64,000 nucleotides of DNA, taken from positions 288,001 to 352,000 of the forward strand of contig CAXXVL010000001.1 in the NCBI GenBank assembly GCA_963667845.2, written 5' to 3'. The notes beneath the pieces were generated by a model. That model had not been told where the DNA came from. It was given only the letters and a program-made list of their open reading frames with translations, and ran no database searches. Positions 29,235 through 38,509 of this stretch are shown piece after piece. The first letter of the stretch is position 1, and every line of letters starts with the position of its first letter. Both the position numbers and the translations under genes were made by a program. The stretch comes from Smithellaceae bacterium. Its GTDB lineage: Bacteria; Desulfobacterota; Syntrophia; Syntrophales; Smithellaceae.

Positions 29235-29470
29235 AACTCTCTGTGTATTTCAAAGTGTTTTGCTAAAAACAAAAACAATATTCAGAACTAATGCATTAAT
29301 TTAAATTTCAATTCTTCTTTCAAAAAAAATATTCTCGTAATCGAGTGCGAATTTTATTTACTGACTGCGCACTCGATTCAAAAAAGATTAAGTTGTCGTA
29401 AAAATTAAACCTTTCCGGCGTGATCAAAAAATAATGTTCGATTGACGTTTTCACTTAAGGAAAAGAGTGA

Positions 29471-29499
29471 TTGACATCACAGGGAGGGTTGCATATACT
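29471..29499 (+). promoter_or_regulatory. Near-consensus sigma70 promoter
   Basis: TTGACA-17 nt-TATACT. Confidence 0.8.
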
Positions 29500-29705
29500 A
29501 TTGGCAACAATAAATCCGGTTCTTATCTAAGTCTGTTTCTGCACGTAATTTCCCACTGATTAATCAGCATGAGACAATAAGGACGAAGTAGCTTATTCCA
29601 CTCTGGAAGAGTGTCTACATAGAGGAGCTACGGGTAGGCTAAGGTAGCCATAACCCAATCTGTGCAAAAGAGTGCTTCTGCTCTTTTCAACACAAGGAGG
29701 TCATT

Positions 29706-30131
29706 ATGACAAGAATAAACCTATTAGTAGCAAAAGTTGTGCTTTTAGGAGTGTGTATCCTGTGTATTTCATCAGGGACTTTATGGGCCGAAGAAATGAC
29801 AATTTCGGTTACAGCATACACACTGACGGAGTGTTACCACAATAACGGTAAGACGGCTTCGGGCGAAATGGTGAGAACCGGAATCGTGGCTGTTTCACCG
29901 GACTTGGAGAAAAAGGGGTTTAAATTAGGAACCAGGATCGAAATCAGCGGTATGGGAACCTATATCGTCAAGGATCGAACCAGTCGCAAGAATCGTGGTA
30001 ACGTCGACATCTATATGCCTTCGTACGAGCAGGCAATAAAATTTGGAAGACAGAAATATGCTTTGGTCGAGAACCAGGAAGGATTAAGTCCATTAAACGG
30101 CATCGAAAAGTATGTCTGTATTCTAGATTAG
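29706..30131 (+). CDS. Secreted 3D-domain protein (peptidoglycan lytic, MltA-like domain)
   Basis: Signal peptide; VTAY, G.TASG, VAVS.D, V.DR, VDIYM.....A..FG. Confidence 0.88.
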   Translation: MTRINLLVAKVVLLGVCILCISSGTLWAEEMTISVTAYTLTECYHNNGKTASGEMVRTGIVAVSPDLEKKGFKLGTRIEISGMGTYIVKDRTSRKNRGNVDIYMPSYEQAIKFGRQKYALVENQEGLSPLNGIEKYVCILD

Positions 30132-30152
30132 TTATGTAGATCCAAAGAAAAA

Positions 30153-30201
30153 TGCCGTCCAAGGGGTATATGCTCCTCACCCCTGGACGGCAAATTTTTT
30201 T
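30153..30201 (+). terminator. Rho-independent terminator
   Basis: TGCCGTCCAAGGGGT...ACCCCTGGACGGCA followed by a T-run. Confidence 0.75.
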
Positions 30202-30349
30202 GTGAATCCGCTGCTTCCTCACATCAACAAAAAATCATTTTCATCGGCAAATCTTTCAATCATTCAATCGTTCATCGATAAGAGTTATCCAAACAACAGC
30301 CGCAAGAATCTTCCGCTGCGGCGGACGATTCAATCAATGTGCACGGTCT

Positions 30350-30449
30350 TTAATCTCCCTGTTGTGGGACGAGCGCTAATTCTCCGTAGCTTGCTGAGAA
30401 ATAATGACGTTCATTTCAAATCTCGACAGTTTGCTGCGATCTGGTTGAT
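30350..30449 (-). repeat. ~100-bp triple-hairpin dispersed element, copy E
   Basis: Reverse complement of the consensus. Confidence 0.88.
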
Positions 30450-30572
30450 AAAAAGTAAGTTTTCAGCGGCCATTTTTCCTGTGCCGCATGGGCCATGGTT
30501 TTTCTTTTTGGAAACCAAAGACATGTGTTATGATATCGCCAAACGTTGCGATCAATGCCAAGGAAATTTTGC

Positions 30573-31397
30573 ATGAAGAAGATCGGTTTAGGGATACTGA
30601 TTCTGCTGATTGTGCAATTGGGGAATTTTGCGATTGCCTCAAATGCGAGCCTCAGTGAACTTGCTGAAAAAGCCAGGAAGCTCGAAGCTCAGGAGAAACA
30701 TTCCGAGGCGATGAAGACCTACGAGCAGCTGCTTCAACTGACTGAGAAGCAATATGGCAAAAAAAATGTGAAAGTCGCCGAAGTTCTGATCGCGATGTCT
30801 CTGGTCGCGCGCTACGGTTTTCATGATGAAAAAAAATATCATGAACTGCAGGGCAGGGCGAAGGTCATCAAGATGACGCTCAACGGCACAGTAAGTTGCG
30901 GGGAACCCGCCCGATGGGACTATGAGCCCTGCCGGGAAAGATGGCTGGGGCCCGATGCGTGCTTTAAATTTACGGATTACCGAAATTATATCAAAGTCAC
31001 GTATTATGGACTGACAGGATCGGCGTTTAAAACGCCTCAGGATTTGACCGGGCGATTAAAGGAACTGTTCGGAAAATTTACAATCGAGGACGGCGTCAAA
31101 ATCGCCAACCGCGATGCCCGGCGGATAAAACTGAGATACGAGAGCGGCGGTTACTACGAGCACCATGGAAAATACCTGCCGAAGGAATTTCAATACGAAG
31201 AGTTTATTATGCTGCCCCTCGCGCAGGGATTTCTGGCCTTTAATTTTAACATGAACAGCTACGGACCGATTCCCACGGCCTTTTCCAAAGAGGAAGCTCC
31301 CGAAAATCTGTATGGCGACGCCTACGAAAATTATCAAACATGGTCATCGTTTCTGAAAAACTGTTTTGTGACCGAAGGAGCGAAAAATGCAAACTGA
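30573..31397 (+). CDS. Exported hypothetical protein with a TPR-like N-terminus
   Basis: Signal peptide; EA...YEQ.L.L.EK.YG.....VA..L helix pattern. Confidence 0.7.
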   Translation: MKKIGLGILILLIVQLGNFAIASNASLSELAEKARKLEAQEKHSEAMKTYEQLLQLTEKQYGKKNVKVAEVLIAMSLVARYGFHDEKKYHELQGRAKVIKMTLNGTVSCGEPARWDYEPCRERWLGPDACFKFTDYRNYIKVTYYGLTGSAFKTPQDLTGRLKELFGKFTIEDGVKIANRDARRIKLRYESGGYYEHHGKYLPKEFQYEEFIMLPLAQGFLAFNFNMNSYGPIPTAFSKEEAPENLYGDAYENYQTWSSFLKNCFVTEGAKNAN

Positions 31398-31953
31398 TGC
31401 ACCGCCCAAATTATGGTCTCTTGATTTTCATGCCCGCTACTTCCCAGCATTTCTGTGGAGGCGGTTTCGTTCCAAAGAGCAAAGGGGATCGGGTTTCCAC
31501 TCGCCTTTTGAACTCTACATTGTCCTGGCCGTCTGCATCGTCCTGGCGGTCATGGGCGCGCCCTCGGCGTTATCGAGTGGGTCGATTGCCGGATGGGCCG
31601 CATTCGGTATAGGCGCGGCAGGTTTACTGGGCGTCATCATCCATAGCGTGGCGTCTTCCTGGGGCCGGCGTCCGTCGTACGAAGATTTTCTTGCGGGGTG
31701 CTTTTTCTTCTTTCTCACTTTAGGGCTGACCGCCGGGATTTTTACAAGCTCACTCAATCACTATTCTTTTTTCCCGGGTCTTTTGATCTGCCTTGCGGGG
31801 TTGATCATCGGTTATGCACTGGGCATCCTGGCCGGGCTCGGGCTGCAATATTTAGGCTGGCTGGCCGTCGCATTAAACGGTCTGGCCTATCCGGCGATTA
31901 TCGGAATGGTGGTTTTGGATCTCGTTTTGCTGTCGGGAGCAGTGTTTAGCTGA
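31387..31953 (+). CDS. Hypothetical membrane protein
   Basis: About 5 hydrophobic segments; overlaps the upstream stop; SD AAGGAG. Confidence 0.75.
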   Translation: MQTDAPPKLWSLDFHARYFPAFLWRRFRSKEQRGSGFHSPFELYIVLAVCIVLAVMGAPSALSSGSIAGWAAFGIGAAGLLGVIIHSVASSWGRRPSYEDFLAGCFFFFLTLGLTAGIFTSSLNHYSFFPGLLICLAGLIIGYALGILAGLGLQYLGWLAVALNGLAYPAIIGMVVLDLVLLSGAVFS

Positions 31954-31966
31954 AGACCGGAGAAAG

Positions 31967-32371
31967 ATGTATACGCTGGCCGAAAAGACAATCAAAAAGG
32001 GACTCAGTCCCGTTGCCCGAATTCTTCTGGGAGCCGTTGCGGCAATATTGGGTCTGATCATGGTGGGCACGGCTTCCGGAACTGCGGATCCCTTTTTCGC
32101 CACGATGATCGGGGCATTCTGCTTCGCCGTCACACTGGCGTGCGCCACGTGGGGAAGGGTCCGGCAATTTGTGGGAAGCTTCATTGGCGTCGCTCTTTTT
32201 GGCTTGTCTGTGCTTTATCTATGGTCGCAGGTGACCGGTGGACCGCTGTTCCGGGGCAGCCGGAGCGACCCCTCAATTCTCACCGCCGTTTTGTTTGTTA
32301 TCTTCCTCGGTGTCCCGGGGATTACGTATGCGGCTTTGGCAAGATTCGGTCTCTCCAAGAAGAAGCCATAA
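31967..32371 (+). CDS. Hypothetical membrane protein
   Basis: 4 hydrophobic segments; SD GGAG. Confidence 0.72.
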   Translation: MYTLAEKTIKKGLSPVARILLGAVAAILGLIMVGTASGTADPFFATMIGAFCFAVTLACATWGRVRQFVGSFIGVALFGLSVLYLWSQVTGGPLFRGSRSDPSILTAVLFVIFLGVPGITYAALARFGLSKKKP

Positions 32372-32578
32372 CGTGTCGCCGCGACAGCTCCGCCGACGCG
32401 TGCGTCAGTTCAAACTCAGGGAGGTATGCATATGAGATATTCAAAAACAATCATCCCGGTTAAGTCTGCAAAAGGCAGCAGACGCCGACGATCCGGGCGG
32501 GCGCCAATTTCCCCATCGGAAAAGTGAAATAAGGTTAAAACCTCACAGGGCGATTTTTTGAGCAGGATTGATGCGGCA

Positions 32579-33217
32579 ATGGACAAAACAGATCCGATAC
32601 GAATTGAATTGATTCCGAATGACCAAAAGGTCGTCGAATCGCTGGGCTTACAGCCGGCGATTTTCGGGGCATTGCTGGTTATCGTCGCCTCAGTCTTTCC
32701 GCTCGTGGATTCTCATGCCCGGGGCGATATCGAAAACGCGGTTCTTGCCGTAACGGGCATTATCGGCCTCGGCCTTCTGTATTATGAGACGCGGCGGCGG
32801 ATGAATAAGGCAGTGCTGGTCCGCGCAGGCGATGTCATTGCCCTTTTCCGCGGCCGAAAGCTGATCCGGACATGCCGGCCGGAAGAGATCAAAAACCATC
32901 ACATGCCGCTGGCAACTTTTTTGACCGTCTTCATTCCCATCTTATTATTCGCTGTCGGCTTTTTTTTGTTTGCGATGATCGACACCCTGGAGCCGGGATA
33001 CCGTATGCTCAATGCCATGGCTTGTCTGGCCATGCTGGCGTCCGGCGCTTCCTTCTTTTGGACGCGCTTTTTTTGTGACGCACTTCTTTTGCCCGCAAGG
33101 AAGAAGCAGTTCTTTCTGGATACCGTTCTGATCCGGCCTTTTCAAAGGAAGATTCTCTTTGGGGATGCTGGGGAGAGAAAAGGATTGATCGACTTTATCG
33201 TGAATCGGTTGCTGTGA
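32579..33217 (+). CDS. Hypothetical membrane protein
   Basis: 4 hydrophobic segments. Confidence 0.65.
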   Translation: MDKTDPIRIELIPNDQKVVESLGLQPAIFGALLVIVASVFPLVDSHARGDIENAVLAVTGIIGLGLLYYETRRRMNKAVLVRAGDVIALFRGRKLIRTCRPEEIKNHHMPLATFLTVFIPILLFAVGFFLFAMIDTLEPGYRMLNAMACLAMLASGASFFWTRFFCDALLLPARKKQFFLDTVLIRPFQRKILFGDAGERKGLIDFIVNRLL

Positions 33218-33271
33218 TTTGGCATGATGAAGCGCCGCTATTAATCGTCGCATATTTGTCTTCATATTTTT

Positions 33272-33468
33272 GCAATTCCGACGCAGAGACTGTGTCTTAA
33301 TGTCATTGCGAGGCGACGCTAAGGAGCCGTGGCAATCTAACCGCCTGAGATTACCACGACGCCTGAGAGGCGTCTCGTAATGACGAAAGAGCATTGTTGC
33401 GACACAGTCTCGCAGGCCGGAATCCGGACATTATTTAGGCTGGTTCCCGGCCTGCGCCGGGAAGACGA
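33272..33468. mobile_element. Nested REP/MITE stack
   Basis: TIRs GAGACTGTGTC (33286) and GACACAGTCTC (ends 33411) with a GCA duplication; inner GTCATTGCGAG..CTCGTAATGAC; outer ..CGCAGGCCGGAATCC..CCCGGCCTGCGCCGGGAAGAC. Confidence 0.8.
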
Positions 33469-33603
33469 CTTAAATGGCAAGGGCTCAGTTGCGAATACTA
33501 TTTTGAGATCGTTAATAAGTCTCAGTGCGCTACGCTTCTGAATAAGGTGTCACTGATCCCTACTCGCTTCGCTCGCGGGATAATTCGACTTGCGAATTTC
33601 AGT

Positions 33604-34563
33604 TCACTGCGTTCCTGAAGTTCGCGTCTCATTAAATATCTCATTGACCACAGCGACGTAATGATCCCGCTGATGTGTTTTGTTGATTTTCTTTCGGACC
33701 TTATCACTCGCTTCAAAAAAGTTTGCCATATAGGTCCAGACTTCTTTCATCTTGTTGGTGATGTGGGCGGGTCCGTGCAGCATTTTCGAATACTCGGCAA
33801 AGAGATGATCGTGAAAGGCCTTCATGATTTTTATTTTTTCGGAAAAGGGCTTCACCTCATTGGTTTTTATTTCTTCCGCCAGAAAGGGGTTTCCGATGAG
33901 GCCCCGGCCGATCATCCAGCGGTCGACCGATCCGAACCTTTTGGAAAGCATTGCCAGTCTTCCTGCGGAAGTGATGTCTCCGTTATAGACAACCCTGTGT
34001 GCGGCGAGCTTCAGGCACTGCTCGAACATATCGAGGTCCACGTCGCCTTCATACATCTGCATGCCCGTCCGCGGATGGATGATCAGTTCTGCAAGCGCGT
34101 ACTTGTTGAAAATAGGCATGAGCTCAAGTACATCGTCGGGATATTTCAGTCCTATCCGGAGTTTGATCGATAATTTTGGCTTCAATGCCGGCATGGCTTT
34201 TTCCAGGAAGGACTCGACCCTGTACGGGTAGCACAGAATACCGGCGCCGCGACCTTTCCTGACGACCATGCGAAAAGGGCAGCCGATATTCCAGTTCACG
34301 GTGGCGTAGCCGATGTCGAACAGCCGGTTGGCCAGCATGACAAAGTCGTCCGGATCGGAGCCCAGGATCTGCGGGATCGTCGGCAGGCCGGTATTACGCT
34401 CCCGCGCAAAGTCGCGAAGCAGGCGATTGTCCGGTTTCATCTTCTTCGACGAAGAGACGAACGGCGCAATGGCCAGATCAACGCCTTTGAAGTAAAGCGG
34501 AAACAGGTTGCGGTAAATCCTGTCGGTTGTCCCCTGGAGGGGAGCAAGGTAGATGATGGGCAT
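33604..34563 (-). CDS. tRNA-dihydrouridine synthase family protein
   Basis: LAP.QG.TD, PQI.G, N.GCP..V...G.GAG.L, IHPRT, NGDI, M.GRG...NPFL. Confidence 0.92.
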   Translation of the reverse strand: MPIIYLAPLQGTTDRIYRNLFPLYFKGVDLAIAPFVSSSKKMKPDNRLLRDFARERNTGLPTIPQILGSDPDDFVMLANRLFDIGYATVNWNIGCPFRMVVRKGRGAGILCYPYRVESFLEKAMPALKPKLSIKLRIGLKYPDDVLELMPIFNKYALAELIIHPRTGMQMYEGDVDLDMFEQCLKLAAHRVVYNGDITSAGRLAMLSKRFGSVDRWMIGRGLIGNPFLAEEIKTNEVKPFSEKIKIMKAFHDHLFAEYSKMLHGPAHITNKMKEVWTYMANFFEASDKVRKKINKTHQRDHYVAVVNEIFNETRTSGTQ

Positions 34564-34768
34564 TTATAATTCCTCTGGGGTTATGGTCATCACAGGCACT
34601 GCTTCTTTCCCGATCGCGGCCGGTTTGTCAAGGTGAACTTTGCCGCCTTCATCAACAGGGAGAAACATTGCTTTTTCCATGCTTGACTGTCGCCCGGGCA
34701 TATACTAACCTTCAGGCCGTAAACGAAGCCCAAAAAAATAGGAACGAACATCGATTCAGGAGGTCGCC

Positions 34769-35743
34769 ATGGTGAAGTATGCAACTTTCAAGTTAGCCGC
34801 TATCCAGGCTGCTCCAGTCTTTTTTGATCTTGCGGCCTCCACGCGCAAGGCCTGTCGTCTCATTGCGGAAGCGGGAAAGAAGGGAGCGACCCTTGCAGCC
34901 TTCAGCGAAACATGGCTGCCCGGGTATCCTTTTTTCGTCTGGGGGGCAAGCCGTGACAGGCAATTGCCCTGGAAGGCGGCGGCGGATTACCTGGCCAACG
35001 CCGTGGATGTCCCCGGACCCGTCACGGACGAGTTATGCGAGGCCGCGCGCCTCGCTCAGCTTGATGTGGTGATCGGTGTCGTCGAACGCGATTCGGTTAC
35101 CCGGGGCACCGTTTACTGCACGCTCCTGTTTATCGGCCGTGAAGGGAAAATCCTGGGCCGGCACCGCAAACTCAAACCCACGCACCGGGAGCGCACCGTC
35201 TGGGGCGAAGGCGACGCCGTGGGCCTGACCGTCTATGAACGGCCGTATGGAAGGATCAGCGGCCTCAACTGCTGGGAGCATAACATGGTGCTGCCGGGCT
35301 ATGTGCTGATGTCGCAGGGCACCCAGATTCATGTTGCGGCCTGGCCGGGTGCGGAGCCCAAAGCGCCTGTCTCTCCCGATCCCATGTGGTCCCGCCAGCT
35401 TTTGCTCTCCCGGGCTTTTGCTTCGCAGGCGGCAGCTTATGTCATCCTGGCCGGAGGCATGCTTTCTGCAAACGATGTGCCTGCTGAATATCAGGAGCTC
35501 GCCTCGCGATACCGGGGCGACAGCTTTATTATCGATCCGCGCGGCGAAGTCATCGCCGGGCCGGCAGAAGGGGAGTCGATCCTTCTGGCGGATGGGTCCA
35601 TGGAAAATGTCCTTGCGGCGAAGTCGGCGTTCGATATCTGCGGCCACTATGCACGGCCGGATATTTTTCAACTGCGGATCAACCGGAAACCCTATCAGAA
35701 GGTTGTGGAAACAATCGGGCCGGATCCTGATGCCCCGGCGTGA
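34769..35743 (+). CDS. Nitrilase (carbon-nitrogen hydrolase)
   Basis: E-K-C triad: FSETWLPGYP, HRKLKPT..ER..WGEG, LNCWEH; GHYARPD. Confidence 0.93.
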   Translation: MVKYATFKLAAIQAAPVFFDLAASTRKACRLIAEAGKKGATLAAFSETWLPGYPFFVWGASRDRQLPWKAAADYLANAVDVPGPVTDELCEAARLAQLDVVIGVVERDSVTRGTVYCTLLFIGREGKILGRHRKLKPTHRERTVWGEGDAVGLTVYERPYGRISGLNCWEHNMVLPGYVLMSQGTQIHVAAWPGAEPKAPVSPDPMWSRQLLLSRAFASQAAAYVILAGGMLSANDVPAEYQELASRYRGDSFIIDPRGEVIAGPAEGESILLADGSMENVLAAKSAFDICGHYARPDIFQLRINRKPYQKVVETIGPDPDAPA

Positions 35744-35812
35744 ATTCAGGGGATGTCCGGGCTGGGAAGATGAACGGTTCAGCGAAATCTGAGAATCAAT
35801 AGGGAGGAAATA

Positions 35813-36262
35813 ATGAACACATTAAGTCTGTTGGATTACAGTCAATTTTTACGGCACAAATACCTCGATGCTTTAAGCAAACTGCCCTGGGAGGAAGTTG
35901 TGAAAGATCGCGGCGCCAGCTTTGCCTCCCTGAGAGACATCTTCCTGCATATGGTTTTTGTTGCGGACGCCTATATCAATTACGCACTGCAGGGCAACCG
36001 CAATTATCCGAACGTCAACTACAACGAATACGACAGCATTGAAAAAATAACAAAATACCTCGACGACGTGGAAGCGAGAGCCAAGGCCAATCTGGACAAA
36101 CTGACGCCGGAACTCCTGGCCAAAAATGAAATCGTTCTTCTTGATTTTTTCCAGGAAGAAACGCACCACCGCGGAGAGCTGATCGCGCTTCTGTGGCAAA
36201 TGGATATCGAACCGCCGCATACCGGGTTTCTTCAGTACAAGCGTTCGCAGAAGAAGACATAG
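35813..36262 (+). CDS. DinB-family protein
   Basis: SLRDIFLH, E.HHRGE...L.QM..EPP. Confidence 0.85.
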   Translation: MNTLSLLDYSQFLRHKYLDALSKLPWEEVVKDRGASFASLRDIFLHMVFVADAYINYALQGNRNYPNVNYNEYDSIEKITKYLDDVEARAKANLDKLTPELLAKNEIVLLDFFQEETHHRGELIALLWQMDIEPPHTGFLQYKRSQKKT

Positions 36263-36390
36263 AAAGTTCTATCCGGAAATTGCGCCGGAGGCCCCACGAA
36301 AGACGATGCCGGGACTTTATCCCAAGCGGAATTTGCCAGGGAGGATAATGGCTCCGCCGGTCTATCGATAGTTTTTAAAAAGGATGAATC

Positions 36391-37197
36391 ATGTTTCATT
36401 GGCTTGCCGATCGCCGGCGGAAAAAAATCAACCGAGCGCCGTTTCCTGACGCGTGGGAAGAGATCGTGCGCAAAAATGTCGCCCATTACTGCCAGCTTTC
36501 CGATGCCGAGCGGGCGATGCTGCGGGCGTTCATCCAGGTATTCATCGCTGAAAAGGACTGGGAAGGCGCCGGCGGGCTTGAACTCACCGATGAGATCCGC
36601 GTAACGATTGCCGCGCAGGCTTGCCTGCTTCTTCTGGGGTTGCCCCACAACTATTATCAGAATGTTGAAACCATCATCGTCTATCCCTCAACCGTTGTTC
36701 CCCCCGAGCGCAAACTTGGCTTCTTTGAAAACGCAACGGGACCGATGGAGCTTAGCCATCCGATTATCGGACAGGCTTTCCATCAGGGGCCGGTCATCAT
36801 CATCTGGGATGCGGCGCTTGCGGGCGGCCGTCATCCGGAGTCCGGCCACAACGTCATCTATCACGAGTTCGCCCACAAACTGGATATGCTCGACGGCGCG
36901 GCGGACGGCACGCCGCCGCTTCGGGACCGCGCGGAGTACCGCGACTGGGTCCGGACGTGCGAGACCGAATATCTGAGGCTCAAGCACGATGCCGAACACG
37001 GCAGAAAATCATTCCTCAATGCCTACGGGGCGACAAATGAAGCGGAATTTTTCGCCGTAGCCACCGAACAGTTTTTTGATCAGCCCCATTTGATGATCAG
37101 GCATGCGCCCGAACTGTATCGTGTGCTCAAGGAATATTACCGGCAGGATCCGGTGTCCCGGCTGGGGAAGAATCACTGCGATACGGTCAGTGTATAA
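36391..37197 (+). CDS. MtfA-like zinc metallopeptidase (M90)
   Basis: F..EK..EG.GGL..TDE....IAAQAC, NV..HEFAHKLD, YGATN.AEFFAV.TE.FF. Confidence 0.92.
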   Translation: MFHWLADRRRKKINRAPFPDAWEEIVRKNVAHYCQLSDAERAMLRAFIQVFIAEKDWEGAGGLELTDEIRVTIAAQACLLLLGLPHNYYQNVETIIVYPSTVVPPERKLGFFENATGPMELSHPIIGQAFHQGPVIIIWDAALAGGRHPESGHNVIYHEFAHKLDMLDGAADGTPPLRDRAEYRDWVRTCETEYLRLKHDAEHGRKSFLNAYGATNEAEFFAVATEQFFDQPHLMIRHAPELYRVLKEYYRQDPVSRLGKNHCDTVSV

Positions 37198-37241
37198 AAT
37201 GAAAAGCAAGTGAAAGCTTCTGCTTTCCGGGAGGAGGGAAG

Positions 37242-37889
37242 ATGAGTATAACGATTCGGAATGCCCGGGCGGACGATGCGCCGTTTTTAGCCACCGTGAT
37301 GTTGATGGCCTCGCGCTCCCAGCTTCCGCGCGGCTTATGGGATCAGTTCGTAAACGGGACCCAGGAGCAATGCCTGTCGTTCTTACGGAAACTTGCCGTC
37401 ACGAAAATCCCGCATCTTTTCCACCACGATGTTTTTCTGATTGCCGAAAAAGACGGCAAGGCCGCCGCCGGCTTGAGCGGCTACGATCCGGTGACCGAGG
37501 GCATGTCCCGTTTTGTTCAAGCCCTCCCCGAGGCGCTAGAACCGCTCGGCTGGAGCCGGTCTGAACTCAAAGCGGCATCTGAGCGCATGTCCTCTTATGA
37601 GCGCTGCATGCCCGCAGAGATTCCCGGCGTCTGGGTTGTGGAGAGTGTGGCAGCGCTGCCTGCCGCCAGGAAGGAAGGCCTGGTGAGTCTTCTGATCGCG
37701 GAGATTCTCGCCCGCGGGAAGGCCAAAGGTTACGGCAAGGCCCAAATCAGCATCTTCATCGGCAATACGCCGGCCCGCAGGGCTTATGAAAAAGCCGGCT
37801 TTCATTATGCCGATGAGAAGCGCGATTCGAAATTTGAGATGACCTACGGCGATTATGGAATCGCCCGTCTGATGATGGATCTTCAGTGA
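37242..37889 (+). CDS. GNAT-family N-acetyltransferase
   Basis: IRNA...DA, VA.LP..R..G, GN.PA...YEK.GF. Confidence 0.85.
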   Translation: MSITIRNARADDAPFLATVMLMASRSQLPRGLWDQFVNGTQEQCLSFLRKLAVTKIPHLFHHDVFLIAEKDGKAAAGLSGYDPVTEGMSRFVQALPEALEPLGWSRSELKAASERMSSYERCMPAEIPGVWVVESVAALPAARKEGLVSLLIAEILARGKAKGYGKAQISIFIGNTPARRAYEKAGFHYADEKRDSKFEMTYGDYGIARLMMDLQ

Positions 37890-38332
37890 AAGGGAAGTTC
37901 AGGATGCCAAGCGATCTTGCCGGATATCCCGTTGTGGTCGAACAGAGCGTCACCTGGGGCGACATGGACCAAAACGGCCATGTGAACAATGTCGAATATT
38001 TCCGCTACATGGAAAACGCCCGCGTCGAATACTACCGGCGGATCGGCAAATTCGAATTGGAACGCGAGACCGGCATTACCCTCGTTTTGAAATCCACCAC
38101 CTGCAATTATGTTGCGCCGCTTGCCTATCCCGACAGGATTGCCGTCGGTGCCCGGGTGAAAGAAATCGGCGCCCGCCAGGTGATCATGACGTATCTCGTT
38201 GTTGATACTCAGCGAAACCGAGTGGCGGCGCTAGGCGAGGCAACCATCGTTGCTCTGAAGGTGGCGGATAAGACCAAGGTGCCCATCCCGAATATATTGA
38301 AACGCCGTATCCGGGATCTTGAGGGTAACTGA
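37886..38332 (+). CDS. Acyl-CoA thioesterase (4HBT/YbgC-like)
   Basis: WGDMD.NGHVNN..Y.RY.E.AR. Confidence 0.92.
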   Translation: MKGKFRMPSDLAGYPVVVEQSVTWGDMDQNGHVNNVEYFRYMENARVEYYRRIGKFELERETGITLVLKSTTCNYVAPLAYPDRIAVGARVKEIGARQVIMTYLVVDTQRNRVAALGEATIVALKVADKTKVPIPNILKRRIRDLEGN

Positions 38333-38395
38333 GTTCAAAATCACGGATTAAGTTTTGGCGTATTACGGGAAGGCAAGATCATTGATTGCGAACCT

Positions 38396-38495
38396 TTAAG
38401 CCAGTTCACACGGGACGAGTGTTAATTCTCCGTAGCCTGCTGCGAAATAACGGCGTTCATTTCATACGTCGACAGCGTGTTGCGAGATTGTTGAT
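38396..38495 (-). repeat. ~100-bp triple-hairpin dispersed element, copy F
   Basis: Reverse complement of the consensus. Confidence 0.85.
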
Positions 38496-38509
38496 TCAGG
38501 GAGTCAGGA

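Noticed and set aside
29515..29545. SAM-I riboswitch (TTCTTATC start)
   Set aside because: The following AGAG..GAGGGA..GCCC..GCAACC core is absent.
32365..32470. Integron attC site after the membrane-protein gene (CCATAAC-GTGTCGCCGC...)
   Set aside because: Only the left core resembles attC. There is no properly paired GTTRRRY arm and no integrase.
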